Source: an uncultured Alistipes sp.
GTDB taxonomy: Bacteria > Bacteroidota > Bacteroidia > Bacteroidales > Rikenellaceae
Length of the DNA stretch: 64,000 nt
Assembly: GCA_964532025.1 (NCBI GenBank)
Contig: CAZHEY010000006.1
Coordinates: 6,856-70,855 of the forward strand
Direction: 5' to 3'
In this document: piece after piece, positions 40,547 through 51,493 of the stretch
How positions within the stretch are numbered: the stretch's first letter is position 1
Layout: each line of letters opens with the position of its first letter
Program-made: the position numbers and the translations under genes
Notes under the pieces: generated by a model
Seen by the model: the letters and a program-made list of their open reading frames with translations, nothing else
The model's database searches: none
What the model was told of the DNA's origin: nothing

Positions 40547-42091
40547 TTACAAAGTCGACGGGGCATATTTGCAGACTAAGATAAACACGATACTTCCCCC
40601 GTCATCGTTGTAGAAGATCACACCGTCCTTGGCTTCGTTCGGCTTCTCCTGCGAATCCATAAACACATAGAAATTATCGCTTGCGCCCTCTGTCTTCAAC
40701 CAGTCGCCACCCTTCTGAACGTGAGAGTTGGCAAAAGCAGGGCCTTTGAGCGCATTGTTGCTTCCGCCCTCGCTGGCATAGGTCAAGAGATAGACCGGTT
40801 TGCCGAATTCGGCATAAGGTTCGAAATCAGGGCCGGAGGTAAGCTCTTCCAGCGTTGCATGATAAACCCAATCGGGATATGCGAAGGAGAGACCTTCCGA
40901 TCCGCCTTGTGTCAGATTCGAGAAGATGTAGGGTTCGTATTGGGGAAGAATGGCATCTCCGTCCGAATTGAGGAGGTCGGCACGCGAATTAACGCCTGCG
41001 GCCAAAGAATTGGGCAGTGCAATCAGCACAGCCTGACGGGTAGAAGTGGCCTCCGTAACCTTCACCGAGAAGCGTCTCTCCTGAATCACATCCGCATTGG
41101 CAGAGTCATCCCATGGGTCCTCTTCTTTCAGAGTTACCCAAGCAACTTCTTCATCCTCCGGATAATACCAATTTCCTTCTTTCTTCAGCACAAAGAATTT
41201 AGCACCTTTCGCGCTGCTGATTGTACCGTTTACTACGTCGACAGTCCCAGTTAATCCATCGGCATATCCATCAAGGTCAAAATCCAGCGTCTCGCTGATG
41301 CGGCTAATTACCAGATGGTCTTTGCAAGCAGGGATTACAATGGGGAGACGCATCGTTGCATCGTGGTTGTTCTTGTCCCAGAATACCAGCTCGTCGGTTG
41401 CACCATTCAACGGGTATTTCGAAAGTTCAGTTCCCAAACGGATCTCCTTGTGCTGGTTTGCCTCACCAGTAGAAACGGCGGGGGCACTGACCCAATCGGG
41501 ATAACCGGTCAACTCCCAGTCGAAGTTAGCTTTCACATCAATCGGCATGCTATATCCGTTCAAACCATTCGGCCATACGAGGTCGATCGAAGTAACCGGA
41601 GTTGCGTTGTAGCTATACGTATAGCCCTCCTCCGTGCCGTAGGTGAACTGGCCGTCTTCGTCCATCAGGCACGAGAAAACAGCGAATTCGCGAATCGCAG
41701 GGGTAAGCGTCAACGTACCGATCTTCTGCTCGGTTTTGCCGATTGTCAGCATCACGTCGCAGGTCGGAGTTTTGTCGAACTGAACGGCATCCGAGCTGCA
41801 AACCGTAACCGAGAACTCGCCGGCAACGCCGCGCAAGGTATAGGCTTTCTGCCCGTCGTTATCGATCCAAAACTCCGCTCCGGCCTGTGTCGTAGGCAAA
41901 GAAAGTGCCCATTCCGCATTGGGTTTGATCGTAAAGGTAGTGGTTTCGCCGGCAGCCAAAGTTGCCGTAACGTCTTTCTGCTCATCAAAGTTCGGAGTGA
42001 TCTTCGTATCTTCATCCGAGGAGCAGGCTGTGACAAACACGCTCGCAATGGCGAGGGCAATTGCCGTCAATTTTGTCATATAAGTTCTCAT
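40547..42091 (-). CDS. Surface lipoprotein, BACON/Ig-like (DUF5003-like)
   Basis: Lipobox VTAC; VKANFDWEL...PDWVS BACON-like segment. Confidence 0.65.
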   Translation of the reverse strand: MRTYMTKLTAIALAIASVFVTACSSDEDTKITPNFDEQKDVTATLAAGETTTFTIKPNAEWALSLPTTQAGAEFWIDNDGQKAYTLRGVAGEFSVTVCSSDAVQFDKTPTCDVMLTIGKTEQKIGTLTLTPAIREFAVFSCLMDEDGQFTYGTEEGYTYSYNATPVTSIDLVWPNGLNGYSMPIDVKANFDWELTGYPDWVSAPAVSTGEANQHKEIRLGTELSKYPLNGATDELVFWDKNNHDATMRLPIVIPACKDHLVISRISETLDFDLDGYADGLTGTVDVVNGTISSAKGAKFFVLKKEGNWYYPEDEEVAWVTLKEEDPWDDSANADVIQERRFSVKVTEATSTRQAVLIALPNSLAAGVNSRADLLNSDGDAILPQYEPYIFSNLTQGGSEGLSFAYPDWVYHATLEELTSGPDFEPYAEFGKPVYLLTYASEGGSNNALKGPAFANSHVQKGGDWLKTEGASDNFYVFMDSQEKPNEAKDGVIFYNDDGGSIVFILVCKYAPSTL

Positions 42092-42147
42092 CAGCCTAAA
42101 TTTTAACTATAAAAATGAAAGAATAAACCATATTTTCTTGTTTGTTA

Positions 42148-43047
42148 TTACATGCCTTCTTCTCGTTGGAGACGGTCGGCCTCTTCGTCGCTGACCCACT
42201 CCATGACGTTGTAGAAGCTGCCGACCGTACCGATCGACACACCCATCTTCTCGACATAGATCAACGACCACAGCGCAACGGATTTCTGGCAGCCATAGAA
42301 ATAAGAGTAGGGCGAAGGACTTGTCGTCACGAGGATCTTATCGTCACCGCGCACAACGCCGAAAACCGAACCCTCGTCGCTCATGACCTGATCTTCGTCC
42401 ATGGTAACCCGAGGCGACAGCGGATCGCTCGGATCGAGTTTCATGGTGACATCGTAGCCGTCGTAGAGCCAGTTGTGGCAGATGATCGTATTCGGCTCGG
42501 TGGGGTGTTTCTCGGTGTAGATGAGTCGCTGGTAGCTCGTCGAGTATTTGTAGAGGAACATCGACGTGACAACGCAGTAACCCGTGAAGTTATTGATGTC
42601 GAACGGGCAGCTCTTCATCATCAAGATATTGGTCGTCTTACCATAGAGGCTCATCTCCAACTGATCGGGCATGACCAACTGGAGCTGGAAGCGCAGCGAG
42701 TCGGTAACCTTGATCTGGTCGTATTTACCATAGATGCGCAGCTTGGCGACGGTTTCGCCGGCCTTGATCGTCACGGAGTTCGACTCCAGCTGATAGTGCA
42801 GTTTCTCGATTGCATTGCTTCCGTTATCGATGACCTCCACGCCGACCGTGCGGTCGTAGTCGCGGGTGACTGTCGAGATGACAGGAACCTCGAAAAACGC
42901 TTTGTCCTTTTCTACGGCGACGGTTGTCAGTGTATCCTGAAAGAGCACGTATTCGGCATCAGAGTAGGTTTTGTACTCCTCCTTGCAGCCGACGAATGCA
43001 CTCGCAAGCACTCCTGCAACCAACAACGATTTAATGAATTTTCTCAT
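42148..43047 (-). CDS. SusD-downstream lipoprotein (DUF4984-like)
   Basis: Lipobox FVGC, Calx-beta-like N-terminal half, position directly after SusD. Confidence 0.65.
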   Translation of the reverse strand: MRKFIKSLLVAGVLASAFVGCKEEYKTYSDAEYVLFQDTLTTVAVEKDKAFFEVPVISTVTRDYDRTVGVEVIDNGSNAIEKLHYQLESNSVTIKAGETVAKLRIYGKYDQIKVTDSLRFQLQLVMPDQLEMSLYGKTTNILMMKSCPFDINNFTGYCVVTSMFLYKYSTSYQRLIYTEKHPTEPNTIICHNWLYDGYDVTMKLDPSDPLSPRVTMDEDQVMSDEGSVFGVVRGDDKILVTTSPSPYSYFYGCQKSVALWSLIYVEKMGVSIGTVGSFYNVMEWVSDEEADRLQREEGM

Positions 43048-43068
43048 ATCTATTCGTGTTATAATCGA

Positions 43069-44601
43069 TTAGTTATTACTTTCGTTAGGCTCAATCATTG
43101 AACCGGGGGCATTCAATTCGTGCTGCGGAATCGGCCAAACAAACAGCGGATTCGAAGCCTCGATTTTCAGCGAGCTGCCGTCGACGAGCGAATTTAATTG
43201 CGGAGTACGCGTAAAGCCCTTCTTCCAACGCTTGAGGTCTTGCAGGCGGAAACCCTCCATATACAGCTCACGCATACGCTCCTCGGAGATGCGCTCCAGC
43301 CAGTTGTCGGCAGATACGCTGAGCGAACCCATACCGCTCGGATAACGCGCGGCGCGCAGGGTCGTCAAGTCGGCCGATGCCTTGGCATAGTCGGGCGAGG
43401 GCAAGTTGCAATAAGCCTCGGCACGAATCAGGTACTGCTCCGAAAGACGGAACACCTGCGGCATGCTGACCTGGAAGATGTTGCTGGTGTTGATGAAATT
43501 CCGGTTGCCGTAGTACTTCATCATCAGCGGCCACGTCAGACCGTGGGCATAACCCGTGGTTTTCGAGGCGAAGAGTGCGTTGTAGCGCAGGTCATTCTCT
43601 TCGTAAGCATTGAGTGTCCACGTTGCCGGCACATAGTCGGGGTAGAAATAAGTGTAGTCCGTCTCGATCTGAAGGAACGGCCGGCCCAACGCCCCACCAT
43701 AGGAGGTCGTGGTGAAGCCGATACGCCAGATTGTCTCAAACGAAACGTTGTAAGCCCACAAGTAGTCGTAGTAGCTATATGTGATGTTGTTGATGGTCGT
43801 GTAGGCCGTTTTGGCATCGGCCAGTCGATACACTTTGCTTTTGCGGTCGATGAGCTTGCTCGAATAGTCGATCGCCGTCTGCCAGTCCTGCATGTAGAGA
43901 GCCACGCGCGAACGCAGTGCCTCGACCGATCCGGCCGAGAGGTACTCATTGCCGAATTCATCGTCGTCCTCGTCCAGCAACGCCTCGGCGCGCTCCAGAT
44001 CCTTGATCACGAACTGATACGAATCGTAAAGCGTAGCACGGCGTGCCTCGCCGGGGTTGGCGTAGCTCGAAACCAGCACAACACCCAGTTCGTTGGCTGC
44101 TGTGGCCGGGTCGTAGGCTTTGCAGAAGCATTTGATCAGCTCCGCATAGCAGAGCGCACGAGCGCAATAGACCTCACCGGTGTATTGGTCGAGGCTCTCG
44201 ATCTCATTGTCGTCGGTGAGCGAATTGCGTACCTCTTCGACGCGATCGAGGAAGAAGTTGCAACGTCCGATCTGGCTGTAAAGAGCCGCGTATACCGACT
44301 CGATCTCGGCGTTGGTCGAGCGGATATCCCACTGCCAAATATTGCCGTAGGTGTTCGTATAGCCGTCGACAGCATAGACCAGATCGGCCTGAATATCGGG
44401 GCACAGCGTCAAGAGGCCGCTGTAAAGATCTGCGCTTTTGAATCCGGCATAGATGCCCGTGAGCATCTGCTCGGCATCGGCAAAAGTCCTCATCGCGTTC
44501 TTTTCGGGAATCGACGATCCGGGGATTTTTTCCAGACATGAAGTCATGGACAACGCCACCGCAAATGCCGTAAAAGCTATTTTTATAGTACGTAATGTCA
44601 T
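43069..44601 (-). CDS. SusD/RagB family lipoprotein
   Basis: Lipobox MTSC; RLSEQYLIRAEA, ERMRELYMEGFRLQDLKRW and WPIP motifs. Confidence 0.93.
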   Translation of the reverse strand: MTLRTIKIAFTAFAVALSMTSCLEKIPGSSIPEKNAMRTFADAEQMLTGIYAGFKSADLYSGLLTLCPDIQADLVYAVDGYTNTYGNIWQWDIRSTNAEIESVYAALYSQIGRCNFFLDRVEEVRNSLTDDNEIESLDQYTGEVYCARALCYAELIKCFCKAYDPATAANELGVVLVSSYANPGEARRATLYDSYQFVIKDLERAEALLDEDDDEFGNEYLSAGSVEALRSRVALYMQDWQTAIDYSSKLIDRKSKVYRLADAKTAYTTINNITYSYYDYLWAYNVSFETIWRIGFTTTSYGGALGRPFLQIETDYTYFYPDYVPATWTLNAYEENDLRYNALFASKTTGYAHGLTWPLMMKYYGNRNFINTSNIFQVSMPQVFRLSEQYLIRAEAYCNLPSPDYAKASADLTTLRAARYPSGMGSLSVSADNWLERISEERMRELYMEGFRLQDLKRWKKGFTRTPQLNSLVDGSSLKIEASNPLFVWPIPQHELNAPGSMIEPNESNN

Positions 44602-44614
44602 TTTATCTGCTGTT

Positions 44615-47569
44615 TTAGAAAGTGATTTCAAGCCCGAATGTGTACTGGCGAGCCATGGGGTATTGTGCGGCATACATGTTCGTTGTACCTTCCGGATCAA
44701 GACCCGAGAAATTGGTGAACGTCAGCAGGTTCTGCGCTTGAGCATAGAGCTTGACACCGCTCATGAAGCGCGTGCGCTTGATCAGGTTGGCGGGGAACGT
44801 GTAGCTGAGCATCAGGTTTTTCAGACGCAGGAACGAAGCATCCTCCAACAGTCGGCTATCGAATTCGGTATAGACTCCGTTACGCGGGATGTCGGTGATG
44901 TCTCCCGGCTGTTTCCATCGGGTAAGCAGACGTTTCGACTGGTTGTAAGCTGCAAAGCGGCCGTTGCTCTCGTCGAAATAGCGGTCGTTGTTAATCATCC
45001 AACGGTCGGCAACCCAGCTGAACTGAGCCGAAAGAGCTAACCCTTTCCAGTTGAACGTCGTACCGAAACCGCCCTGCCAAGGAGCTTCGTAGCTCTTGCC
45101 GACCAGCACCTTATCGTCGTCGCTCATCTTGTTGGTGATTTTGCCGTCTTTGGTATACCACAGCGCATCGCCATTGGCCGAGTTGACACCCGCATAGCGG
45201 TTGATATAGAATTCGCCGACCGGATGACCTACGACCAACTTGGTGTTGGTATTGGACATCTCGAACTCGGTGACATTGCTATACAGCTCGGTGATTTTGT
45301 TCTTGTTGTAGGATGCGTTGGCATTGAGAATCCATTGGAAATCCTTGTGCGACAACACCGTTGCCGTGAGGTTCAACTCCGCACCGCGGTTGACCATGGC
45401 ACCGACATTCTTCCACTTGTAGCCGAAGCCGTTGGAGGTGGAATACGGTTCGGGAACGGCCATAAGCATGTTGGTGGTCTTCTTGTTGTAAAGCTCCAGA
45501 TCCACATTCAGCCGATCCCAGAATCCGAAGTGGAACGCGAGGTTGCTTGTCCAGACCTTCTCCCACTCCAGCGATTCGTTTCCGGGCTGTGAGGGTGCTA
45601 CACCGGCATCGCCCATGTAGTCCAAGCCACCCGATACGAGTGCGAGGTGTTCGTAGTTGGGAATCGACGAGTTACCGGTCGTACCCGTACTGATTGCAAT
45701 CTGTGCGTTGGTCAGCCAGCTGCGCGAATTCTCCATGAATTGTTCGTTGCGCAAGTTCCACATCGCACCGACAGACCAGAACTGTGCCCAACGGCCCGAA
45801 GTTCCGAAACGCGACGAACCGTCGGTACGAACCGAGAAGTCCACATAATAGCGGCTGTCGTAGTTGTACTCACCGCGACCGAAGAACGAAAGGAACGCGT
45901 AGTCCGCATCGGTAACGTCGCCCCACGAGGAGACACGCGTACCCGAAGAGACGTTGGTGAGTTTGTCGTTGTTCTGACCCTTCGCCATCACCTGAAACGA
46001 TTCATAGCGATAGTCCGAGCCCTCTTGACCGAGCAGGAAGTTGAACGAGTGCTTGTCACCGGCACGGAACTGATAGTTCAGCGTGATGGTTTCTGCCAGC
46101 GAGATACCGTCCGTCGAGCTACGTCCGGCCGTTCCCGAACCGAGGTTGGGCATGTAGCTCGGATAGGAGACCGAGAATGCGGTCGTATGCGAGTAGTCCA
46201 CCGATCCCTGTGCGCGGAGCGTCAGCCCCTTGGTCAGGGTGAAGTCGGCGAAGAGCGAGGAGATGAGTTTGTATTTCTTGTAGGTAAGCGGATTGTACTT
46301 CGACCACTCCAAGGGGTTCTGTCCCGTACCCTTCCACGAATGGTCGTTGACCGAAGCCAGCGAGCCGTCGGCCTTGTAGGGGCTGTAGTAGGGCATCATG
46401 AAGCGAGCAGCCGAAATCGGCGTCACGAGCGTATACGCACCTTCGTCGGCCTTGGTGATCTCCTGATAGTTGAGCATGATGTTACTGCCGACCTTGAGCC
46501 AAGGAGCAGCGCGGTGCTCGACATTGGTTCTGAACGAATAGCGGTCGAATGACGAACCGGTAGCCGTACCGTCTTGGCTGTAAAAACCACCCGAGAAAAA
46601 GTAGTTGGTCTTATCGGTTGCTCCGGCTACGGAGAGTTCGTAGTTCTGAAGCATAGCCGCCGAGTTGAAGACCTCGTCGAGCCAGTTTACATTGGTTTTA
46701 CGCAGCAGGTTGTAATTCTTACCGGCGGTAAGTCCCAGCTCCTGTTCGTATTGGATGCGCTCGTCGGTGTTCATCAGATCCCAGTTGCCGTAGGCGATCT
46801 GCGAGAAACCCATCTGCATGCGGTAGTTGATCTTCGGTCGCTCGGCAAACTGACCGCGTTTGGTCGTGATGACGATCACGCCGTTGGCCGCACGCGCACC
46901 ATAGATAGAGGTGGACGAAGCGTCTTTGAGCACCGAAAGGCTTTCGATATCGGCCGGGTTGATCGTGTTGAAGTCGGCCGCCGAGATCGGAATACCATCG
47001 AGGATGTAGAGCGGAGAAGTACCCGAGTTAATCGAGTTCGTACCGCGAATGGTCATTGCCGCTGCGGCACTCGGCTCTCCCGAATTCGAGAGCACCGTAA
47101 GACCCGGTACTTGACCTTGCAACGCCTGATCGAAGGCTGCCGTCGGAGTATTCTCCACCTTTTCGGCCTTCACCGTCGACACCGAGCCGGCGATCGTGCC
47201 CTTCTTGCGGACACCATAGGCGATAACGACCACATCGTCGAGCCGCTGCGCATCGCTCTCGAGGGCGAAGTCAAAGCGAACCGACATCGTGCCGTCGGGG
47301 ACTACCCGCTCGACATTCTTGTAGCCGATGTACTGGATTTTCAAGACGGTTCCGGCTGCCACCTCAATGGTGTAGCTTCCGTCTGCGAGTGTGGTCACGC
47401 CATTGGTTGGCCCGGCGATTACACTGGCACCGATCAGAGGTTGCTTATCTTCCGCCGAAGTGATGACTCCGCGGACGGTAACCTTTCCTCCCCCTTGAGC
47501 TATGGCCATCATAGGGAAGGCACATAGGAAAAGTGCGAAAATGTTGAGTAGAGTTTTTGTTTTTTGCAT
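44615..47569 (-). CDS. SusC/RagA TonB-dependent transporter
   Basis: DDVVVIAYG, plug motif LKDASSTSIYGARAANGVIVITTKRG, FLRLKN, C-terminal GLEITF. Confidence 0.95.
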   Translation of the reverse strand: MQKTKTLLNIFALFLCAFPMMAIAQGGGKVTVRGVITSAEDKQPLIGASVIAGPTNGVTTLADGSYTIEVAAGTVLKIQYIGYKNVERVVPDGTMSVRFDFALESDAQRLDDVVVIAYGVRKKGTIAGSVSTVKAEKVENTPTAAFDQALQGQVPGLTVLSNSGEPSAAAAMTIRGTNSINSGTSPLYILDGIPISAADFNTINPADIESLSVLKDASSTSIYGARAANGVIVITTKRGQFAERPKINYRMQMGFSQIAYGNWDLMNTDERIQYEQELGLTAGKNYNLLRKTNVNWLDEVFNSAAMLQNYELSVAGATDKTNYFFSGGFYSQDGTATGSSFDRYSFRTNVEHRAAPWLKVGSNIMLNYQEITKADEGAYTLVTPISAARFMMPYYSPYKADGSLASVNDHSWKGTGQNPLEWSKYNPLTYKKYKLISSLFADFTLTKGLTLRAQGSVDYSHTTAFSVSYPSYMPNLGSGTAGRSSTDGISLAETITLNYQFRAGDKHSFNFLLGQEGSDYRYESFQVMAKGQNNDKLTNVSSGTRVSSWGDVTDADYAFLSFFGRGEYNYDSRYYVDFSVRTDGSSRFGTSGRWAQFWSVGAMWNLRNEQFMENSRSWLTNAQIAISTGTTGNSSIPNYEHLALVSGGLDYMGDAGVAPSQPGNESLEWEKVWTSNLAFHFGFWDRLNVDLELYNKKTTNMLMAVPEPYSTSNGFGYKWKNVGAMVNRGAELNLTATVLSHKDFQWILNANASYNKNKITELYSNVTEFEMSNTNTKLVVGHPVGEFYINRYAGVNSANGDALWYTKDGKITNKMSDDDKVLVGKSYEAPWQGGFGTTFNWKGLALSAQFSWVADRWMINNDRYFDESNGRFAAYNQSKRLLTRWKQPGDITDIPRNGVYTEFDSRLLEDASFLRLKNLMLSYTFPANLIKRTRFMSGVKLYAQAQNLLTFTNFSGLDPEGTTNMYAAQYPMARQYTFGLEITF

Positions 47570-48328
47570 AAGGGATTGTACTTTCTTACGGAACAAAGAA
47601 AAAGAATTAAAATGAAAAAGCCAAATAACTAAAAGGCTAAAACTATAAGCAAAAGTGTGTTATGCGTTTATTTTCGGGAGAATAGAGCATGGTATAGCGC
47701 ATGCAACCAAATGACTGTCTGCGCATTAAACGCGAATTTCAATTTGTTACACAGGAAATGAATAAAATTAAATAATATTTCACAAAAATGTAAAAACGAG
47801 TGATATACTATTTAATTTTATTTATTTATTCAAATAACTTAAAAAGTCATCTGGGGTAAAATTAGGCTTTTTCGGCCGGAGCGGGTTGTTTTTGGCTCGA
47901 TTTTACTAAAGATTTTTAATAACCTCATTCCAAACTGAGGCGTTTTTGTAAAATGTAAAAAAAATTAGAAAATATTTCAAATTGCAACCTACATTCGGGT
48001 CGTTTTTCTCAAATCGGGCATTTTTGCACCGATTTCATCGCCGTCGATTACGGCGTCAATCGGGCTGCGGATCGAGCTAATTTGTTCAAAATGCAGCATT
48101 TTCAAAGCGTTAGCCCACATATTCGTCCACCTCATAGCGAATTGGAGGTATATTTCGTTTTGCGCTTACAGTTTATAACCAAACAGCAGCATATTCATTA
48201 TAAATCACAATCCGTAACCCGGGTTACCCCTTTTTCAGCGCACGCAGCCGCAACAAGCCCCAAAAGTCGGGCTTGTCAAGCGGTTTGCGAAGCGTAGAAA
48301 GAGGGAGAAAGAGGTGGTCGCGCGTGGG

Positions 48329-49060
48329 TCAATTCACAACCACCAAGGCAAAATATTCGCGCAGTAGCGCAGCGGCACGATCCAGCTGTTCGGGGGTATT
48401 CTCAGCCACCTCGCGCAGCCGATATTCCCAGCCCATGGCCTCGTATTTATGGACTCCGAGGGTGTGGTAGGGCAACAATTCGACCCGCTCGATCTGCGTG
48501 TATCGGCCGAGCTGCTCGCCTAACAACCGCAGGTCGTGCTCGGCATCGCTCCACCCCGGAACGAGGACGTAGCGAAGCCAGAAGGGTTTCGCGTGGGCTT
48601 CGAGCCAAGCGGCCGTGCGGAGGGTCTGCTCATTGTTGCGCCCGGTAATCGCCCGATGCTGCTGCCCATTGGCCTGTTTTACATCGAGTAACACCAGATC
48701 GACCAGTTCGTAGAGCTCCTCCACCGCCGGCGACCAGACACTGCCATTAGTGTCGAGACAGACGTGGATGCCCTCGGCCTTGAGGGCGCGCACCAACGGA
48801 ACAAGCGCGGCAGCCTGAAAGGTCGGTTCGCCACCCGAGAAGGTGACTCCGCCGCGTCGCCCGAAGAAGGGTTTCTGATCGACGGCCATGCGCAGAATCT
48901 CGGCCGGATCGGTCGGAGAACCACACGATTCACCACTTTCGATCGTGTCGGGATTGGCGCAATAGAGGCAGCGGAAGTTGCAGCCTTGGAGGAAAACGAC
49001 GAGCCGGAGACCCGGCCCGTCGAATGTTCCCATGGATTCGTAGGAGTGTACGCGAAGCAT
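48329..49060 (-). CDS. pflA: Pyruvate formate-lyase activating enzyme
   Basis: DGPGLR, CNFRCLYC, SGGEP and LLPYHTLG motifs; follows pflB. Confidence 0.93.
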   Translation of the reverse strand: MLRVHSYESMGTFDGPGLRLVVFLQGCNFRCLYCANPDTIESGESCGSPTDPAEILRMAVDQKPFFGRRGGVTFSGGEPTFQAAALVPLVRALKAEGIHVCLDTNGSVWSPAVEELYELVDLVLLDVKQANGQQHRAITGRNNEQTLRTAAWLEAHAKPFWLRYVLVPGWSDAEHDLRLLGEQLGRYTQIERVELLPYHTLGVHKYEAMGWEYRLREVAENTPEQLDRAAALLREYFALVVVN

Positions 49061-49082
49061 GCTTATTTCAGTTTTCGAATCG

Positions 49083-51311
49083 TTACATCCGCTCGTGGAA
49101 GCTGCGGCTGATTACCTCCAACTGGTGTTCGCGGCTGAGCTTGGTGAAGTTCACCGCATAACCCGACACGCGGATCGTCAGCTGCGGGTAGTTCTCGGGA
49201 TGTACCATGGCATCTTCCAGCATTTCGCGATTCAAGACGTTGACATTGAGGTGGTGTGCCCCCTTCGTGAAGTAGCCGTCGAGCATCGTCACCAGATTCT
49301 CCACACGCTCCTCGGCGGTCGGGCCGAGCGACTTGGGCACGATCGAGAAGGTGTTCGAGATTCCGTCCTGCGAGTCACGGTAGCGGAGTTTGGCAACCGA
49401 AGCGAGCGAAGCAATCGCACCGCTCTTGTCGCGTCCGTGCATCGGGTTCGCACCCGGAGCGAAGGCCATCCCCTTCAGACGTCCGTCGGGCGTAGCACCG
49501 GTCTTCTTGCCATACATCACATTCGAGGTGATCGTGAGCAGCGAGAGCGTCGGACGTGCATTTTTATAGACAGGCAGCTTCTTGAGCTCCTCGCTGAAAT
49601 AGTAGACCAGATCGACTCCAAGGTGATCGACACGGTCGTTGTTGTTGCCGAAGCAGGGGTATTCGCCCTCGATGTCGAAGCCTTCGGTCAGCCCCATTTC
49701 GTTGCGACGCGCCTTGACCTTGGCGTATTTGATCGCCGAGAGCGAGTCGATAGCAATCGACAGACCGGCAACGCCATAAGCGAGGTTGATTCGCGGATCG
49801 GTGTCGATGAGTGCCATTTGCGACTTCTCGTAGTAATATTTGTCGTGCATGTAGTGGATGATGTTCATCGCCTCGTTGTAGATCCGGGCGATTTCGGTCA
49901 GCACCTTCTTGTAGTTCGACATCACCTCCTCGAAGTGGAGCGTATCGTCCGACAAAGCCGGAATCCCCTTGACGATGAGCGTTCCCGTGTTCTCGCAGCG
50001 TCCGCCATTGATCGCCAGCAGCAACGCTTTGGCCAGATTGGCGCGCGCCCCGAAGAACTGGATCTGACGGCCGATGTCCTGAAAGGAGACACAGCAAGCG
50101 ATACCGTAGTCGTCGGAGTTGCGCACCTCACGCATCAGCTCGTCGTTCTCGTACTGGATCGAGCTGGTGTCGGCCGATACCTTGGCGCAGAAGGTTTTGA
50201 AGCCTTCGGGCAGGTCGGGACTCCAGAGCACGGTCATGTTCGGCTCGGGCGATGCACCGAGGTTGTAGAGCGTTTGCAGGAAGCGGAACGAGGTCTTGGT
50301 GACCTTCGTGCGGCCGTCGTTGAAGCGTCCGCCGATCGCCTCGGTCACCCACGTCGGGTCACCGGCGAAGATGTCGTTGTAGGCTTGCATACGCAGGTGA
50401 CGCACCATGCGCAACTTGATGACAAACTGGTCGATCAGCTCCTGTGCAAAGGTCTCGTCGATCTGGCCGTGAGCCAAATCGTATTCGATGAAGATGTCGA
50501 GGAACGACGACACGTTACCCAGCGACATGGCTGCACCGTCCTGCTCCTTGACCGCCGCCAGATAGGCCATATAGACCCACTGCACAGCCTCCTGTGCCGA
50601 GTGCGCCGGCCGGCTCAGGTCGAGACCGTAGTACTCGCCCATGGTGCGGATTTCGCCCAGTGCTTTGATCTGCTCGGCCACCTCCTCGCGCAAGCGAATG
50701 CGGGCTTCGGTCATCGGGCCGGTGAGGTTGTGCAGGTCGGCGGTCTTGGCTTCGATCAACCGATCCGTTCCATAGAGTGCCAGACGGCGGTAGTCGCCGA
50801 TGATACGACCCCGGGCGTAGTTGTCGGGCAGACCCGTCAGGAAGCCCAGCGAACGCAGCGTGCGAATCTCCTCGGTATATACGTCGAACACCCCGTCGTT
50901 GTGGGTTTTACGGTAGTGAGTGAAGATATCCTTGACTTTTTCGTCGACCTCCACGCCATTCTCCTTGCAGGCACGCGCCACCACATTGATGCCGCCGAAC
51001 GGCTTGATCGCACGGCGCAGCAGCTCGTCGGTCTGCAAACCGACGATCAACTCGTTCTCGCGGTCGATGTACCCGGCCTTGTGCGAGGTGATGGTCGAGA
51101 CCGTTGCGTTGTCGAGCGAACGAACTCCATTGCGGTTGCGCTCCTCTTCGAGCGCCTCGAGGCAGCGACCCCAGATCGCTTTGGTGCGCTGGGTAGCTCC
51201 GGTAAGGAACGATGCGTCACCGACATAAGGGGTGATATTCGTCGATACGAAGCTGGTGACATTGATCTCCTTGCTCCACAGCCCGTCGATAAAGGTTTTG
51301 TTGGATTCCAT
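49083..51311 (-). CDS. pflB: Pyruvate formate-lyase
   Basis: IACCVS active-site Cys pair and IRVSGY glycyl-radical motif. Confidence 0.97.
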   Translation of the reverse strand: MESNKTFIDGLWSKEINVTSFVSTNITPYVGDASFLTGATQRTKAIWGRCLEALEEERNRNGVRSLDNATVSTITSHKAGYIDRENELIVGLQTDELLRRAIKPFGGINVVARACKENGVEVDEKVKDIFTHYRKTHNDGVFDVYTEEIRTLRSLGFLTGLPDNYARGRIIGDYRRLALYGTDRLIEAKTADLHNLTGPMTEARIRLREEVAEQIKALGEIRTMGEYYGLDLSRPAHSAQEAVQWVYMAYLAAVKEQDGAAMSLGNVSSFLDIFIEYDLAHGQIDETFAQELIDQFVIKLRMVRHLRMQAYNDIFAGDPTWVTEAIGGRFNDGRTKVTKTSFRFLQTLYNLGASPEPNMTVLWSPDLPEGFKTFCAKVSADTSSIQYENDELMREVRNSDDYGIACCVSFQDIGRQIQFFGARANLAKALLLAINGGRCENTGTLIVKGIPALSDDTLHFEEVMSNYKKVLTEIARIYNEAMNIIHYMHDKYYYEKSQMALIDTDPRINLAYGVAGLSIAIDSLSAIKYAKVKARRNEMGLTEGFDIEGEYPCFGNNNDRVDHLGVDLVYYFSEELKKLPVYKNARPTLSLLTITSNVMYGKKTGATPDGRLKGMAFAPGANPMHGRDKSGAIASLASVAKLRYRDSQDGISNTFSIVPKSLGPTAEERVENLVTMLDGYFTKGAHHLNVNVLNREMLEDAMVHPENYPQLTIRVSGYAVNFTKLSREHQLEVISRSFHERM

Positions 51312-51493
51312 AAATTGTTCGATATAAGATTATAATTGTTGTATTTCGGAAGGCGCAAAGGTACGATCTAAATCCCGAATGCACAAATCCGAATTGCACT
51401 TTTCCCGTCGTCGGGTGCATTATTACCACTTTCGGGTCGGAGTTGGCCTTGCTTTTGCAGGAGTAGATTCCACCATTTAATACCTATATTATT

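Noticed and set aside
49059-51335. 758-aa plus-strand ORF
   Set aside because: Antisense shadow of pflB.
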